Shown here piece after piece: positions 51,624 to 60,921 of a stretch of 64,000 bases of DNA (its first letter is position 1; every line of letters begins with the position of its first letter). Made by a program: the position numbers and the translations under genes. The stretch is from Chitinophagaceae bacterium (GTDB lineage Bacteria; Bacteroidota; Bacteroidia; Chitinophagales; Chitinophagaceae), in the NCBI GenBank assembly GCA_043717145.1, contig JAYSXR010000392.1, positions 712 through 64,711 on the forward strand. Direction: 5' to 3'. A model generated the notes under the pieces. It worked only from the letters and a program-made list of their open reading frames with translations. It did not search any database and was not told the DNA's origin.

Positions 51624-53126
51624 ATGGAAGACAAGAAGTACCAAGACGATTTAGAGCAGTTTTTACAGGATGAAGTAAAACAGCACCGAATGTATCCTTC
51701 TGATCATATCTGGAAGAATATACGTACGGAACTGCATGGATATAGGACCTGGCCCGCACTTACCTTTATTTCTCTTTTCATCATTACTGCTTTAACCATT
51801 TCTACACTGCTAAATAACCACCCCACCCAGTTAGTAATTAGAAGCCAGGCTTCTTTGATCAGCAAAGAGCAGAAAAAACAGGTTACGGCATCATTAGTAG
51901 CCGCTAACGAAATTACGCAACCCAACGATAATTATTTTCAACAGATTACCCCTGAAAAGATCACGGCTGAAACATTTTCCGACCTCAATCTGAATGAAAA
52001 CACGACCATTCAGGAACAGGTTATTAGTTCCGCAAAAAAATACGCTGCTGCCAATTTATTTTCAGTTGTACCTGCCGATATTCCTGCCGATCGGTTAAGG
52101 ATTACAGAAAAAATACTTCCTAAACACTTACCCGTTATCCTTCCACAATCCGGAAACGTGAATACACAACAGTTGGCACCACCAAGTACATTATATAAAC
52201 AGGAAACAGCGATAAATACCTCTCCCGACGAGGTTACTATAGGTATTAAAGAAATTATATCAACCAGGCCTGATATAATAAATACCGAGTTACATGCAAC
52301 CGCCGATGATTTCCTCCGTGATTTTCATTTTATAGCCAATACCAGGCCAAAGCCAAAGAATTCAAAATTCGGATTTCAATTATATGTTACTCCGTCTACC
52401 AGTTACAGAAGATTATCAGATGAAAAAGTGAAGGAAGTTATTCAGCCTGCTGCTGCGGCCGCTTCTTCAGCATCACAAGCTGCCCCACTAAGTATTAACT
52501 ATGCAAGCTATTCACAGGATGTAAATAATGTAGTCCGGCACAGACCGGCTGTAGGTTTGGAAGTTGGCTTTGCTATTTTATATAACATGTCGAATAAATT
52601 GAAGCTTAAAACAGGCGTGCAATTAAACATCCGCCAGTATTATATTGAAACCTTCCAATCGCGTACCAATGACCTTGCCTCACTTTCCTTGATCAATTAC
52701 CGCGGAATAGAAACCATCAGTTTTTATTCACCTTACAATAATAATACAGGCTACAAACAAACACAGCTGGATAATAAAGTATACCAGGTATCGGTTCCTA
52801 TCGGCATTCAGTGGGAAGTATTACGGGGTAAACATTTCGGCATCAATTCAGAAGCTTCTGTACAGCCTACTTTAACACTTAATAATAATACATACCTGCT
52901 ATCTACAGACTATAAGCATTATACTGATGGCAGTGATTTCATCCGGAAATGGAACATCAATACCAGTGTAGGATTAAACCTTACTTATACATCCGGTTCC
53001 ACTTCATGGCAGCTAGGCCCACAGGTACGGTACCAGCATTTGCCTACTTACTCCAATTTATATCCTATTAAAGAGTACCTGATGGACTATGGTGTACGTC
53101 TGGGTTTTACCAAACAGATAAAATAA
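51624..53126 (+). CDS. Anti-sigma factor with TM helix, long linker and C-terminal outer-membrane beta-barrel (Dma-type architecture)
   Basis: PSDHIWKNI, TM PALTFISLFIITALTISTLL, polar linker, amphipathic strands ending YGVRLGF. Confidence 0.72.
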   Translation: MEDKKYQDDLEQFLQDEVKQHRMYPSDHIWKNIRTELHGYRTWPALTFISLFIITALTISTLLNNHPTQLVIRSQASLISKEQKKQVTASLVAANEITQPNDNYFQQITPEKITAETFSDLNLNENTTIQEQVISSAKKYAAANLFSVVPADIPADRLRITEKILPKHLPVILPQSGNVNTQQLAPPSTLYKQETAINTSPDEVTIGIKEIISTRPDIINTELHATADDFLRDFHFIANTRPKPKNSKFGFQLYVTPSTSYRRLSDEKVKEVIQPAAAAASSASQAAPLSINYASYSQDVNNVVRHRPAVGLEVGFAILYNMSNKLKLKTGVQLNIRQYYIETFQSRTNDLASLSLINYRGIETISFYSPYNNNTGYKQTQLDNKVYQVSVPIGIQWEVLRGKHFGINSEASVQPTLTLNNNTYLLSTDYKHYTDGSDFIRKWNINTSVGLNLTYTSGSTSWQLGPQVRYQHLPTYSNLYPIKEYLMDYGVRLGFTKQIK

Positions 53127-53144
53127 CCTGAACATATATAAGTT

Positions 53145-53180
53145 AAAGCTGCTGAATAAATCTCTCAGTGGCTTTTTTAT
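53145..53180 (+). terminator. Intrinsic terminator after sigma/anti-sigma operon
   Basis: AAAGCTGCTGA-ataaatctc-TCAGTGGCTTTTTT. Confidence 0.7.
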
Positions 53181-53206
53181 TGGTATTGATTGAATATTTT
53201 TGCCGC

Positions 53207-53794
53207 ATGAAAATGCTATCGGTAACACTGCTGTTTTTTTGGTTTATCACAAATGCCTGTCATAGCAATACAGGTCAGCCAAAAGCAGGTTCTCCAAAAG
53301 TTGATACAGGTAAATTTTACCCCATAACAGGTTTTTTTAAAAGCCAGGTAGAATATGTTGACCTGCGTAATTATCCTATATATAAAATAACTGTAAAAGA
53401 TGGCAAAAAAGATTCGGCACAAGTAAGCAAAGACCAGTTCATAGCGCTGGCGAAACCATTTTTTGACAGGAGTATTTTTTCGCCCCGTATCAAAGCCATG
53501 TATAAAGAAACTGTTTTTCATGACCTTGCCACCAGAAGTATTACACTGAATTATTCGCCATCAGACCCCAACGCCGAAGTACAGAATATAGATGTGCTGC
53601 TGGACGAAGAAACCAACAATGTAAAACGTATTTTTATCAGAAGGGCATACCAAAGGGGCGATACCGTTTTTACAGAACAATACAGTTGGAAAGCGTTTAA
53701 AAGTTTCCGGATTAACCGCGAACTGCAAACCAAAAACGGCTATCATTCAACAGAACTGAATTTTATAAACTGGAATGATACGCCATGGGAATAA
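53207..53794 (+). CDS. Hypothetical probable lipoprotein
   Basis: MKMLSVTLLFFWFITNA-C; start ATG 53207 after TATTTTTG box. Confidence 0.65.
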   Translation: MKMLSVTLLFFWFITNACHSNTGQPKAGSPKVDTGKFYPITGFFKSQVEYVDLRNYPIYKITVKDGKKDSAQVSKDQFIALAKPFFDRSIFSPRIKAMYKETVFHDLATRSITLNYSPSDPNAEVQNIDVLLDEETNNVKRIFIRRAYQRGDTVFTEQYSWKAFKSFRINRELQTKNGYHSTELNFINWNDTPWE

Positions 53795-53882
53795 TGAATA
53801 TTGAACAAGGAATTTTTAATGTTGAAGTGTAAAGTAATTCCCCATTTGATATTCATCATTTGATATACAAATCGACAGCCTT

Positions 53883-55694
53883 ATGACAGCAGCTCAATTT
53901 CAACAGCTCGCACAATCCATACCTCAACAACCAGGCATCTATAAATATTATGATGAAGGGAATAAACTATTATATGTTGGCAAGGCCAAAGACCTGCGAA
54001 AAAGGGTAAGTTCTTATTTCTCCAAAACATTTACCACTTACAAAACACATGAACTGGTTCAACGCATACACCATATAGCGTTTACCATTGTGGGATCAGA
54101 ACAGGATGCATTTTTATTGGAGAATTCGCTGATTAAAGAATACCAACCGCGATACAATATCAATTTAAAAGATGATAAGACATATCCTTATATCGTTATT
54201 AAAAAAGAACCTTTTCCCAGGATATTTTTAACGCGAAAAAAGATACCCGACGGATCAGAATACCTCGGACCTTTTACTTCTGCGGGTAAAGTACGCGACC
54301 TGATCAGTTTTATTAAACAATATGTTCCATTACGTACCTGCAAACTTAACCTGACAAGTGAGAACATTGAGAAAGGTAAGTTTAAAGTTTGCCTTGAATA
54401 CCACCTTGGTAACTGCAAAGGCCCCTGTGAAAGCTTACAAACTGCCAATGATTATGCTGAAGGGCTGCAACAGGTAAAAAATATCCTGAAAGGAAACCTT
54501 GGTTCTGTAATCAATCATTTTAAAGCTGATATGAAGGACCTGGCGCGGCATCTTTTATTTGAGAAAGCAGGTGAGGTAAGAAAAAAAATCGAGCACCTCG
54601 AAAGTTATCAGTCTAAATCTGTGGTCGTTAGCAGCCATCTGTCTAATATAGATGTGTTTTCTATTTTGAAAGATGATAACCTAGCATATGTAAATTACCT
54701 GATGGTACAAAATGGAACCATCGTTCAAACACATACCGTACCCTTAGAAACCAAATTAGAAGAAACAGAAGAAGAAGTTCTCTGTTTTGCCATACTAAAC
54801 CTGAGAACAGATTTTAACAGTCTGGCCAATGAATTGATTGTTCCCTTTGCTATTGATTATCCCGATAAAAATATAACCATCACTATACCCAAGGGTGGTG
54901 ATAAAAAGAAATTACTGGAACTCTCTGTAAAGAATGTTACTTATTTTAAAGAAGAGATCAGAAAGAAAAAAATATTACACTTGGAAGGAAAGACAGATAT
55001 GGAAAAGAAAAAAGTATTGTATGAGCTGCAGGCTTATTTACAATTATCCGAGGTGCCGGATCATATTGAATGTTTTGATAACTCTAATTTCCAAGGCAGT
55101 TATCCAGTGTCGGCAATGGTTTGCTTTAAAGATGGTGTACCCAGTAAAGCGGATTACCGGCATTATAATGTAAAAACGGTAGAAGGCATTAACGATTTTG
55201 CTACGATGAAAGAAGTTGTATCAAGAAGGTATAAAAGATTATTGGCAGAAAATCAGCCTTTTCCCAAGCTGGTAATTATTGATGGTGGCAAAGGTCAGCT
55301 GAGTGCAGCCATGGAAAGTATAAAAGAACTGGATCTAGTGAACAGGATAACGGTGGTAGGCCTGGCTAAGAATGAGGAAGAATTGTTTTTTCCGGGAGAT
55401 ACAGAATCCATCAAACTACCTTGGGATAGTGATAGTTTAAAATTGGTAAGGCGCATCAGGGATGAGGTACACCGTTTCGGCATCACTTTCCATCGTAATA
55501 AGCGTTCCAAAGGCACGTTCAAAAATGAACTGGAATCTATTCCCGGCATTGGCGAAGCTACGGCACAGCAATTATTAAAAGAATACAAATCGGTTAAAAA
55601 GGTAAAAGAAAAAATGGAGGAAGAACTGGCAGTCGTAGTTGGGAAATCGAAGGCTAAGTTGCTGCGGAATTATTTTAGCCAGGCGGAAAAATAA
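53883..55694 (+). CDS. uvrC: Excinuclease ABC subunit C
   Basis: GIY-YIG (PGIY, YVGKA), IECFDNS, IDGGKGQ, RDEVHRF, HhH. Confidence 0.98.
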   Translation: MTAAQFQQLAQSIPQQPGIYKYYDEGNKLLYVGKAKDLRKRVSSYFSKTFTTYKTHELVQRIHHIAFTIVGSEQDAFLLENSLIKEYQPRYNINLKDDKTYPYIVIKKEPFPRIFLTRKKIPDGSEYLGPFTSAGKVRDLISFIKQYVPLRTCKLNLTSENIEKGKFKVCLEYHLGNCKGPCESLQTANDYAEGLQQVKNILKGNLGSVINHFKADMKDLARHLLFEKAGEVRKKIEHLESYQSKSVVVSSHLSNIDVFSILKDDNLAYVNYLMVQNGTIVQTHTVPLETKLEETEEEVLCFAILNLRTDFNSLANELIVPFAIDYPDKNITITIPKGGDKKKLLELSVKNVTYFKEEIRKKKILHLEGKTDMEKKKVLYELQAYLQLSEVPDHIECFDNSNFQGSYPVSAMVCFKDGVPSKADYRHYNVKTVEGINDFATMKEVVSRRYKRLLAENQPFPKLVIIDGGKGQLSAAMESIKELDLVNRITVVGLAKNEEELFFPGDTESIKLPWDSDSLKLVRRIRDEVHRFGITFHRNKRSKGTFKNELESIPGIGEATAQQLLKEYKSVKKVKEKMEEELAVVVGKSKAKLLRNYFSQAEK

Positions 55695-55753
55695 AAAAGG
55701 GGCCAGGATGAAAATCCAGCCCCGTTTTAAAATCCAATATCCTATGAAAAACC
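55693..55753 (-). ncRNA. Candidate ~61-nt sRNA with anti-start-codon seed
   Basis: TTG(55787-55785)-N19-TATCTTCG(55765-55758) promoter; GGUUUUUCAUAGGAUAUUGGAUUUUAAAAC, then GGGGC..GCCCC hairpin and U6. Confidence 0.6.
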
Positions 55754-55830
55754 GTAACGAAGATAAGTATTGTAATGAAACTACCAATTAAACCTCCAAA
55801 TAAATGTTACAGCTTGTAGTATAATCATAG

Positions 55831-55856
55831 AAAAAGAGGCTATTTAGGCCTCTTTT
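55831..55856 (-). terminator. Intrinsic terminator of gldKLMN
   Basis: AAAAAGAGGC-tatttag-GCCTCTTTT. Confidence 0.8.
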
Positions 55857-55878
55857 AATAAACACTTTAGGTAATATT

Positions 55879-56922
55879 TTAATATTGCCAGAGATCCTGC
55901 TCATAGTTAAATATTCTTTGTTTGATATTATCCCCCTCAAGTAAACGGAACAATGGATCTTTAATCATGGCATTCAGATAGCGGTCTCCCGGATTATTGG
56001 CACTTGACTTAATAATATAACTACTAAAGAACCTGCTTTCGAATAATTCTTCCCAGGTCATACGGCTGGCAAAGTTTTTAGGATTATAGACATCCACTTT
56101 TGCCAGTGTTTTACGAAGATCGGGGTAATAGATCCAGAAGAGTAAACGGGGTTGTGATTTACCCCCAACAACCTGTTTGGCTATGGGTGCAATTCCTATA
56201 ATCCGGGTAAATAACCGGCTGGCTTCTTTATCGAAAATCAGCTGTTCTTTTATCCGGAACGTATAGACTGAATCAGGACTAAATTTAGGTTTCTTGGTAA
56301 TCACACGCTCAACCGTACCGGTAACAGGATCCGGTACATCAACTGTATCCATAGCACCGGCTGTTTGATTAAATACCTGGTCGTTCGTTAATGGAATAGT
56401 AAACCTATCATTATCAGATGAAAAAGCGGTTACGCTGTCGTTCTTAATTGCGTTCAGCATAATTGAAAAGAAACGCTGATCGCCATTATCATCCTTACCG
56501 GGGTACATGAATGATTGATTTACTTTTTCCCTAGCATCAATTTCTCTCCAGATAAATTCGCTCCATACATTATCATCATCCCGCAGGTTTTCATATTCAA
56601 GCGGTTTCCTGTCTTTTACCTGACTCCTGTCTACCGCATAGTTATTGCGCAGGGCAATCTCTGGCTTGGCATCAAATCCGCCGGGTGTGATAGTATCAAA
56701 TCGTAAGGTTGTTGCACCTGAAGTGGAAGGAGTTGTTGCATTTCCCGCAGGAGGATTGTTTGTTTTAACCGGACCTGCACCGGTTGTTGTAGGCTTAGCC
56801 TTAGTTGTATCTTTCCCTGTTGGCTGAACTTTGTTTCTACCATATCCCGAATTTTGTGCAGAAAGGTTCATTACAGAACCTGAAAGCACAAGCAATAACC
56901 CGCCTAAAAAAAACTTTTTCAT
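55879..56922 (-). CDS. gldN: Gliding motility/T9SS protein GldN
   Basis: WREID.REKVNQ, FDKEASRL..RIIGIAP, LFWIYYP, EQDLWQY. Confidence 0.92.
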   Translation of the reverse strand: MKKFFLGGLLLVLSGSVMNLSAQNSGYGRNKVQPTGKDTTKAKPTTTGAGPVKTNNPPAGNATTPSTSGATTLRFDTITPGGFDAKPEIALRNNYAVDRSQVKDRKPLEYENLRDDDNVWSEFIWREIDAREKVNQSFMYPGKDDNGDQRFFSIMLNAIKNDSVTAFSSDNDRFTIPLTNDQVFNQTAGAMDTVDVPDPVTGTVERVITKKPKFSPDSVYTFRIKEQLIFDKEASRLFTRIIGIAPIAKQVVGGKSQPRLLFWIYYPDLRKTLAKVDVYNPKNFASRMTWEELFESRFFSSYIIKSSANNPGDRYLNAMIKDPLFRLLEGDNIKQRIFNYEQDLWQY

Positions 56923-56930
56923 ACACACAT

Positions 56931-58493
56931 TTATTGAAGAGTAAACGAAATATTTTGATCTAATTTCCTGGTACCACCGGGACCATTCACTTTTATTTCA
57001 TCAATGATAACAGTAGAACCTGACTGTAACCTTTTTATCAAGGCCTGGGCTTCTGCATTGAAATAAGGACCGGTCACCTCAACATACCCAAAACCACTTT
57101 CTTCAAAGCCCTTACCTGTACAAACTATTGTAAAGGAAATCACATCATACTTAACCCCTTCAAATACAAAGTCCCTTAATTCTGCGGCTACGCCTTTCTG
57201 TACCCTGAATACATTTGCGGCCATGTTACCTCCACCAGCTTTGCCACCAACGGTAGCTAATGGATCGGGGACCCTTTTTATAGGTATAGTGATCTTTTGG
57301 ATATGTTTCCCATCAGATGCTGTAACAACGGCAGCTCCTAATTTTTCGGGACGTACCAGGTATTGTCCAGGGCCCACTTTTGTGGTTTTTGTATCAGGTG
57401 CATCTACGGTTACATTTACTTTTTCATCTCCTCCTCCGCCACCGCCGGTTACATTTAAAGGGTTATCCAATCCCATGTAGAAAACCCTTGTTTTATCGGT
57501 CGATACAACCAAACCTGATGGTACCCCTACTGTATATTTTACTTCTTTTTCAACTGTGGCAGTGGTGCCATCAGGTTTCAAAAATGAGATACGTACTTTT
57601 TTGGTATTCGATCCTGAATTACTAACCGTGGTTTTGTATTCAGCGGAACCATCCGGTTTAAGCGCAACATTTGCGCCATCTATAGTGATGTTTGGTTTGG
57701 CTGCTTTACTAAAAGCACCTACACCGGCAGTGATTATAAGTTCCTCACCCGGCATCAGGTATTGTGAGTTGGTTCCGGCAAACGCCTGAAATTCATCGTA
57801 AATAATCTCTACTTCGCCTATTTCCTTATGGCAATATTCAACTACCTGTGCTTCACTGTTTTTAATATCATTCTGAAACTTACTTAATATGGTAATACTC
57901 GCCACTGTAGGTGTCATGTGAAAATAACCATAAGCCCACTCTGTGTTGGTTGCCTGGTTGTTGCTTTTGGGTATGGAAAGATCCAGTGGCAGGGTAGGGC
58001 CTACTTCTGTTTTTATAGCTGGATCAATAGCTAATAATTTTTGCTTAAACGTACTCAGTTTCTCAAACAATTCTTTTCCCCTTGCTTTCCCTTCCGGTGG
58101 TTTGGATATAAATAAGCGGGTGGACGCTTCCAGGTCATCTTCCTTATATTCCTCTTTACCGTCTTTTATCTTTACATCTGACTCTTTTTTCAGTTCTGCT
58201 TTTAGGGTTTCTATATAATTATAAACTTCATCAGCCAATTTTTTTGCTTCCAGAGCCTTAGGCATCCATATTTCAGCTTTCTCTTTTGTTTTGGGATCTT
58301 CTATTTTTCGCTGGAACGATTTGAATATATCTACATTCTTTTGTTCGGCAATACCGCTGGCAGTCATCAAACTGCGGTCAACTGTTTTGAAGGCGTTCAA
58401 TATTTCGGCAGATACATTCAGTGCCAACAGTGCGGTAAGCACCAGGTACATGATGTTGATCATCTTTTGCCGCGGCTCCTTGGGTAGTGACAT
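56931..58493 (-). CDS. gldM: Gliding motility/T9SS motor protein GldM
   Basis: PRQKMINIMYLVLTALLALNVS. Confidence 0.95.
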   Translation of the reverse strand: MSLPKEPRQKMINIMYLVLTALLALNVSAEILNAFKTVDRSLMTASGIAEQKNVDIFKSFQRKIEDPKTKEKAEIWMPKALEAKKLADEVYNYIETLKAELKKESDVKIKDGKEEYKEDDLEASTRLFISKPPEGKARGKELFEKLSTFKQKLLAIDPAIKTEVGPTLPLDLSIPKSNNQATNTEWAYGYFHMTPTVASITILSKFQNDIKNSEAQVVEYCHKEIGEVEIIYDEFQAFAGTNSQYLMPGEELIITAGVGAFSKAAKPNITIDGANVALKPDGSAEYKTTVSNSGSNTKKVRISFLKPDGTTATVEKEVKYTVGVPSGLVVSTDKTRVFYMGLDNPLNVTGGGGGGDEKVNVTVDAPDTKTTKVGPGQYLVRPEKLGAAVVTASDGKHIQKITIPIKRVPDPLATVGGKAGGGNMAANVFRVQKGVAAELRDFVFEGVKYDVISFTIVCTGKGFEESGFGYVEVTGPYFNAEAQALIKRLQSGSTVIIDEIKVNGPGGTRKLDQNISFTLQ

Positions 58494-58564
58494 TCTCGCT
58501 TATATTTTTAAAACATTCCTTTTTTACAAAATAGGTTTTCTTTGCCCGTATCAAGTCTCGGTTA

Positions 58565-59323
58565 TTATCTTCCCTGCATAGCAGTAAGCATATTACCATA
58601 TAGTTGGTTTAACTTACCCAAGTTGTTAGCCAATGCAGCAATCTGCTCTTTTGCTTTTACAGCATCATCCGCACTGCTGGCCATGGCACTGGAAGCCTGT
58701 GATAGTTTACCGTAGAATTGGTTTAATGCTTTCAGGTGATTATTGCCTTCCTGTAATTCCAGTTCGTAAATAGTATTTAAAGACGCTAAATTTTTATTGA
58801 GCGACTGCATCTGCACATGAAACTGTTTAGAACTATCCGAAGCACCATGGAAACCTGCCAATGAATGGCTTGCGGTATCGGCTGCATCTTTAATACCGGA
58901 AAGTGCAATAGTTGCTTCTCTTGCTTTAGCAGAAAATTCATTGGTAGATTTTGCTACTTCGCTGATATCTGATATCTGCGCAACGGTTGTATTTAATTTT
59001 TGGAAACTGGCACTCAGCTTGCCAAGGCTGTCGGGATTAATATTGGCATTTTCAAACATATTATCCAATGTATTTAAAGCAGTATTCCCTTTATCTTTGC
59101 CCTTAATATGCACTTCATGGTCGTCAATGGCTGGGTAAATCAGGTATAAAAGACCATAGCCCAGAAAGATGATAGCTTCCACCGTTAAGCCCACTTTCAG
59201 CATAAAGTCTGCAATATCAGAGTGCAACAGTTTTTGCAAAGCACCGTAGATAACTACTGCAGCGGCAATAGATACGAATACATCAAACCATTTAGAAATT
59301 TTAGGAGGAATTGCAGCTGCCAT
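58565..59323 (-). CDS. gldL: Gliding motility/T9SS motor protein GldL
   Basis: AAVVIYGAL.KL.H, GLTVEAIIF, LN.LYGNML.AM; start ATG 59323. Confidence 0.93.
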   Translation of the reverse strand: MAAAIPPKISKWFDVFVSIAAAVVIYGALQKLLHSDIADFMLKVGLTVEAIIFLGYGLLYLIYPAIDDHEVHIKGKDKGNTALNTLDNMFENANINPDSLGKLSASFQKLNTTVAQISDISEVAKSTNEFSAKAREATIALSGIKDAADTASHSLAGFHGASDSSKQFHVQMQSLNKNLASLNTIYELELQEGNNHLKALNQFYGKLSQASSAMASSADDAVKAKEQIAALANNLGKLNQLYGNMLTAMQGR

Positions 59324-59434
59324 TTTTCTGTTTTTTAATTTTTTAAAAATTACACTCGTACGTTGATCCACTAATTCGGGCCAACTAATGTTTTACTCAA
59401 TGAGTTCAATGAAATAAAGGTTAGGACCGATTGA

Positions 59435-60718
59435 TTATTTTTTCATTTTAGGAGCTAAGTCAATCACACAACGGAAACCAATATATGATTTAGCCGTGTC
59501 CTGATACTCATAATTTCTGGTACTTACCTGCAGGAAATAAGCAACGTCTTTCCAACTGCCTCCACGCACTACCTTACGTTTCTCACGGGGTTTGTCGGAA
59601 TCTTTTGCTTCATACCTGACATCAGGACTCATATCAGCCATAAAGTTGTATGCACCTTCGTAAAAATATGAACCCGTCCACTCTGCAACATTACCTGCCA
59701 TATTAAATAAGCCATATTGGTTGGGCCAATAAGCGTTGGCCGGTACTGTATAAAAACCGCCGTCTTCGGCATAGTTACCACGGCCGGGTTTGAAGTTCGC
59801 CAATAAGCAACCTTTTTTATTTCGCAAATAAGGGCTTCCCCAGGGGAACATCGAATTGGTTAGTCCGCCACGAGCGGCATATTCCCATTCGGCTTCACTG
59901 GGTAAGCGATAATCCCCATCAACCGCCATTTTCTTTTTTTCGAGGTATGCATTCTGGATATGTGTTCTCCAATGGCAGAAAGCCACTGCCTGTTTCCAAG
60001 TTACACCTACCACCGGATACTTTCCGAATGATGGATGGGAAAAATATCTTTTGGTCATCGGTTCATTATAAGAATACGAGAAATCCCTTATCCATACCAA
60101 AGTGTCCGGATAGATTGGTTCGTCGCCCCGTCTGATAAAATTATTTTTGGGCAGGTTGGCATTTTCTCTCTTGGCAGCAGCTGTGAGGTCAAAATATTCA
60201 ATACGGTATTTGATTTTCGCAGGATCAATCTCGGGCCTTCCATATAACCTGTTATCAGGTGCCAGGTTTAGCTCATTCATTTTTTCAATCGTACTTCGGT
60301 CATATTTAATGGTAGCCACTTTTTTCCAGTCAACTGCCATCGTATCATCCTGTTTATTGATGCCCTGTCCGAAAAGTATCTTAAATGCGAGAGAATCCCT
60401 CACCCAGTTTACAAACTGGCGGTAATCGTCATTGGTGATTTCTGTAGCGTCCATCCAGAATCCGGGAATGGATACCTGGCGGTTACGTGTGGTGTAGTTA
60501 TAACTTATATCCTCATCACTAGGACCCATATGAAAAGTTCCTGGCGGGATATACACCATATTACGCGGCGGATTCATGCTCTGCCTGGCAGTTGGTGCTA
60601 CTCCATGTAATTGGCCATCATCTGGAAGTCCCTTGGCTTTGCCACCTTTTTTAAAGAAGCAGGATGCCAGGGTTAATGACATAATAACAACAATTATGGT
60701 AGTTCTATAACCTTTCAT
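59435..60718 (-). CDS. gldK: Gliding motility/T9SS lipoprotein GldK
   Basis: LASC lipobox; FGE-sulfatase fold (RLPSEAEWEYAARGG, NMAGNVAEW, RGGSWKD, IGFRC); start ATG 60718. Confidence 0.93.
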   Translation of the reverse strand: MKGYRTTIIVVIMSLTLASCFFKKGGKAKGLPDDGQLHGVAPTARQSMNPPRNMVYIPPGTFHMGPSDEDISYNYTTRNRQVSIPGFWMDATEITNDDYRQFVNWVRDSLAFKILFGQGINKQDDTMAVDWKKVATIKYDRSTIEKMNELNLAPDNRLYGRPEIDPAKIKYRIEYFDLTAAAKRENANLPKNNFIRRGDEPIYPDTLVWIRDFSYSYNEPMTKRYFSHPSFGKYPVVGVTWKQAVAFCHWRTHIQNAYLEKKKMAVDGDYRLPSEAEWEYAARGGLTNSMFPWGSPYLRNKKGCLLANFKPGRGNYAEDGGFYTVPANAYWPNQYGLFNMAGNVAEWTGSYFYEGAYNFMADMSPDVRYEAKDSDKPREKRKVVRGGSWKDVAYFLQVSTRNYEYQDTAKSYIGFRCVIDLAPKMKK

Positions 60719-60921
60719 GTAAGAAACTGATTTATGACAGTGACAAATATAAGTTTTCCATCGGCAGTTGTGCCGATTTTGCATTTTTGTTACAATAAAT
60801 TTAATGCGTTGCGTAAAGATAATGTCGATACTACAAAATTAAGGTCGGTTTACTACAAACAATCCTATTAGAAATGGGGCTTGATGCCACGGTCATAAAA
60901 GGCAAATTAGTTTATAGTTTG

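Noticed and set aside
59435-60718. Formylglycine-generating enzyme
   Set aside because: The fold is shared, but the lipobox and gldL-M-N context identify GldK
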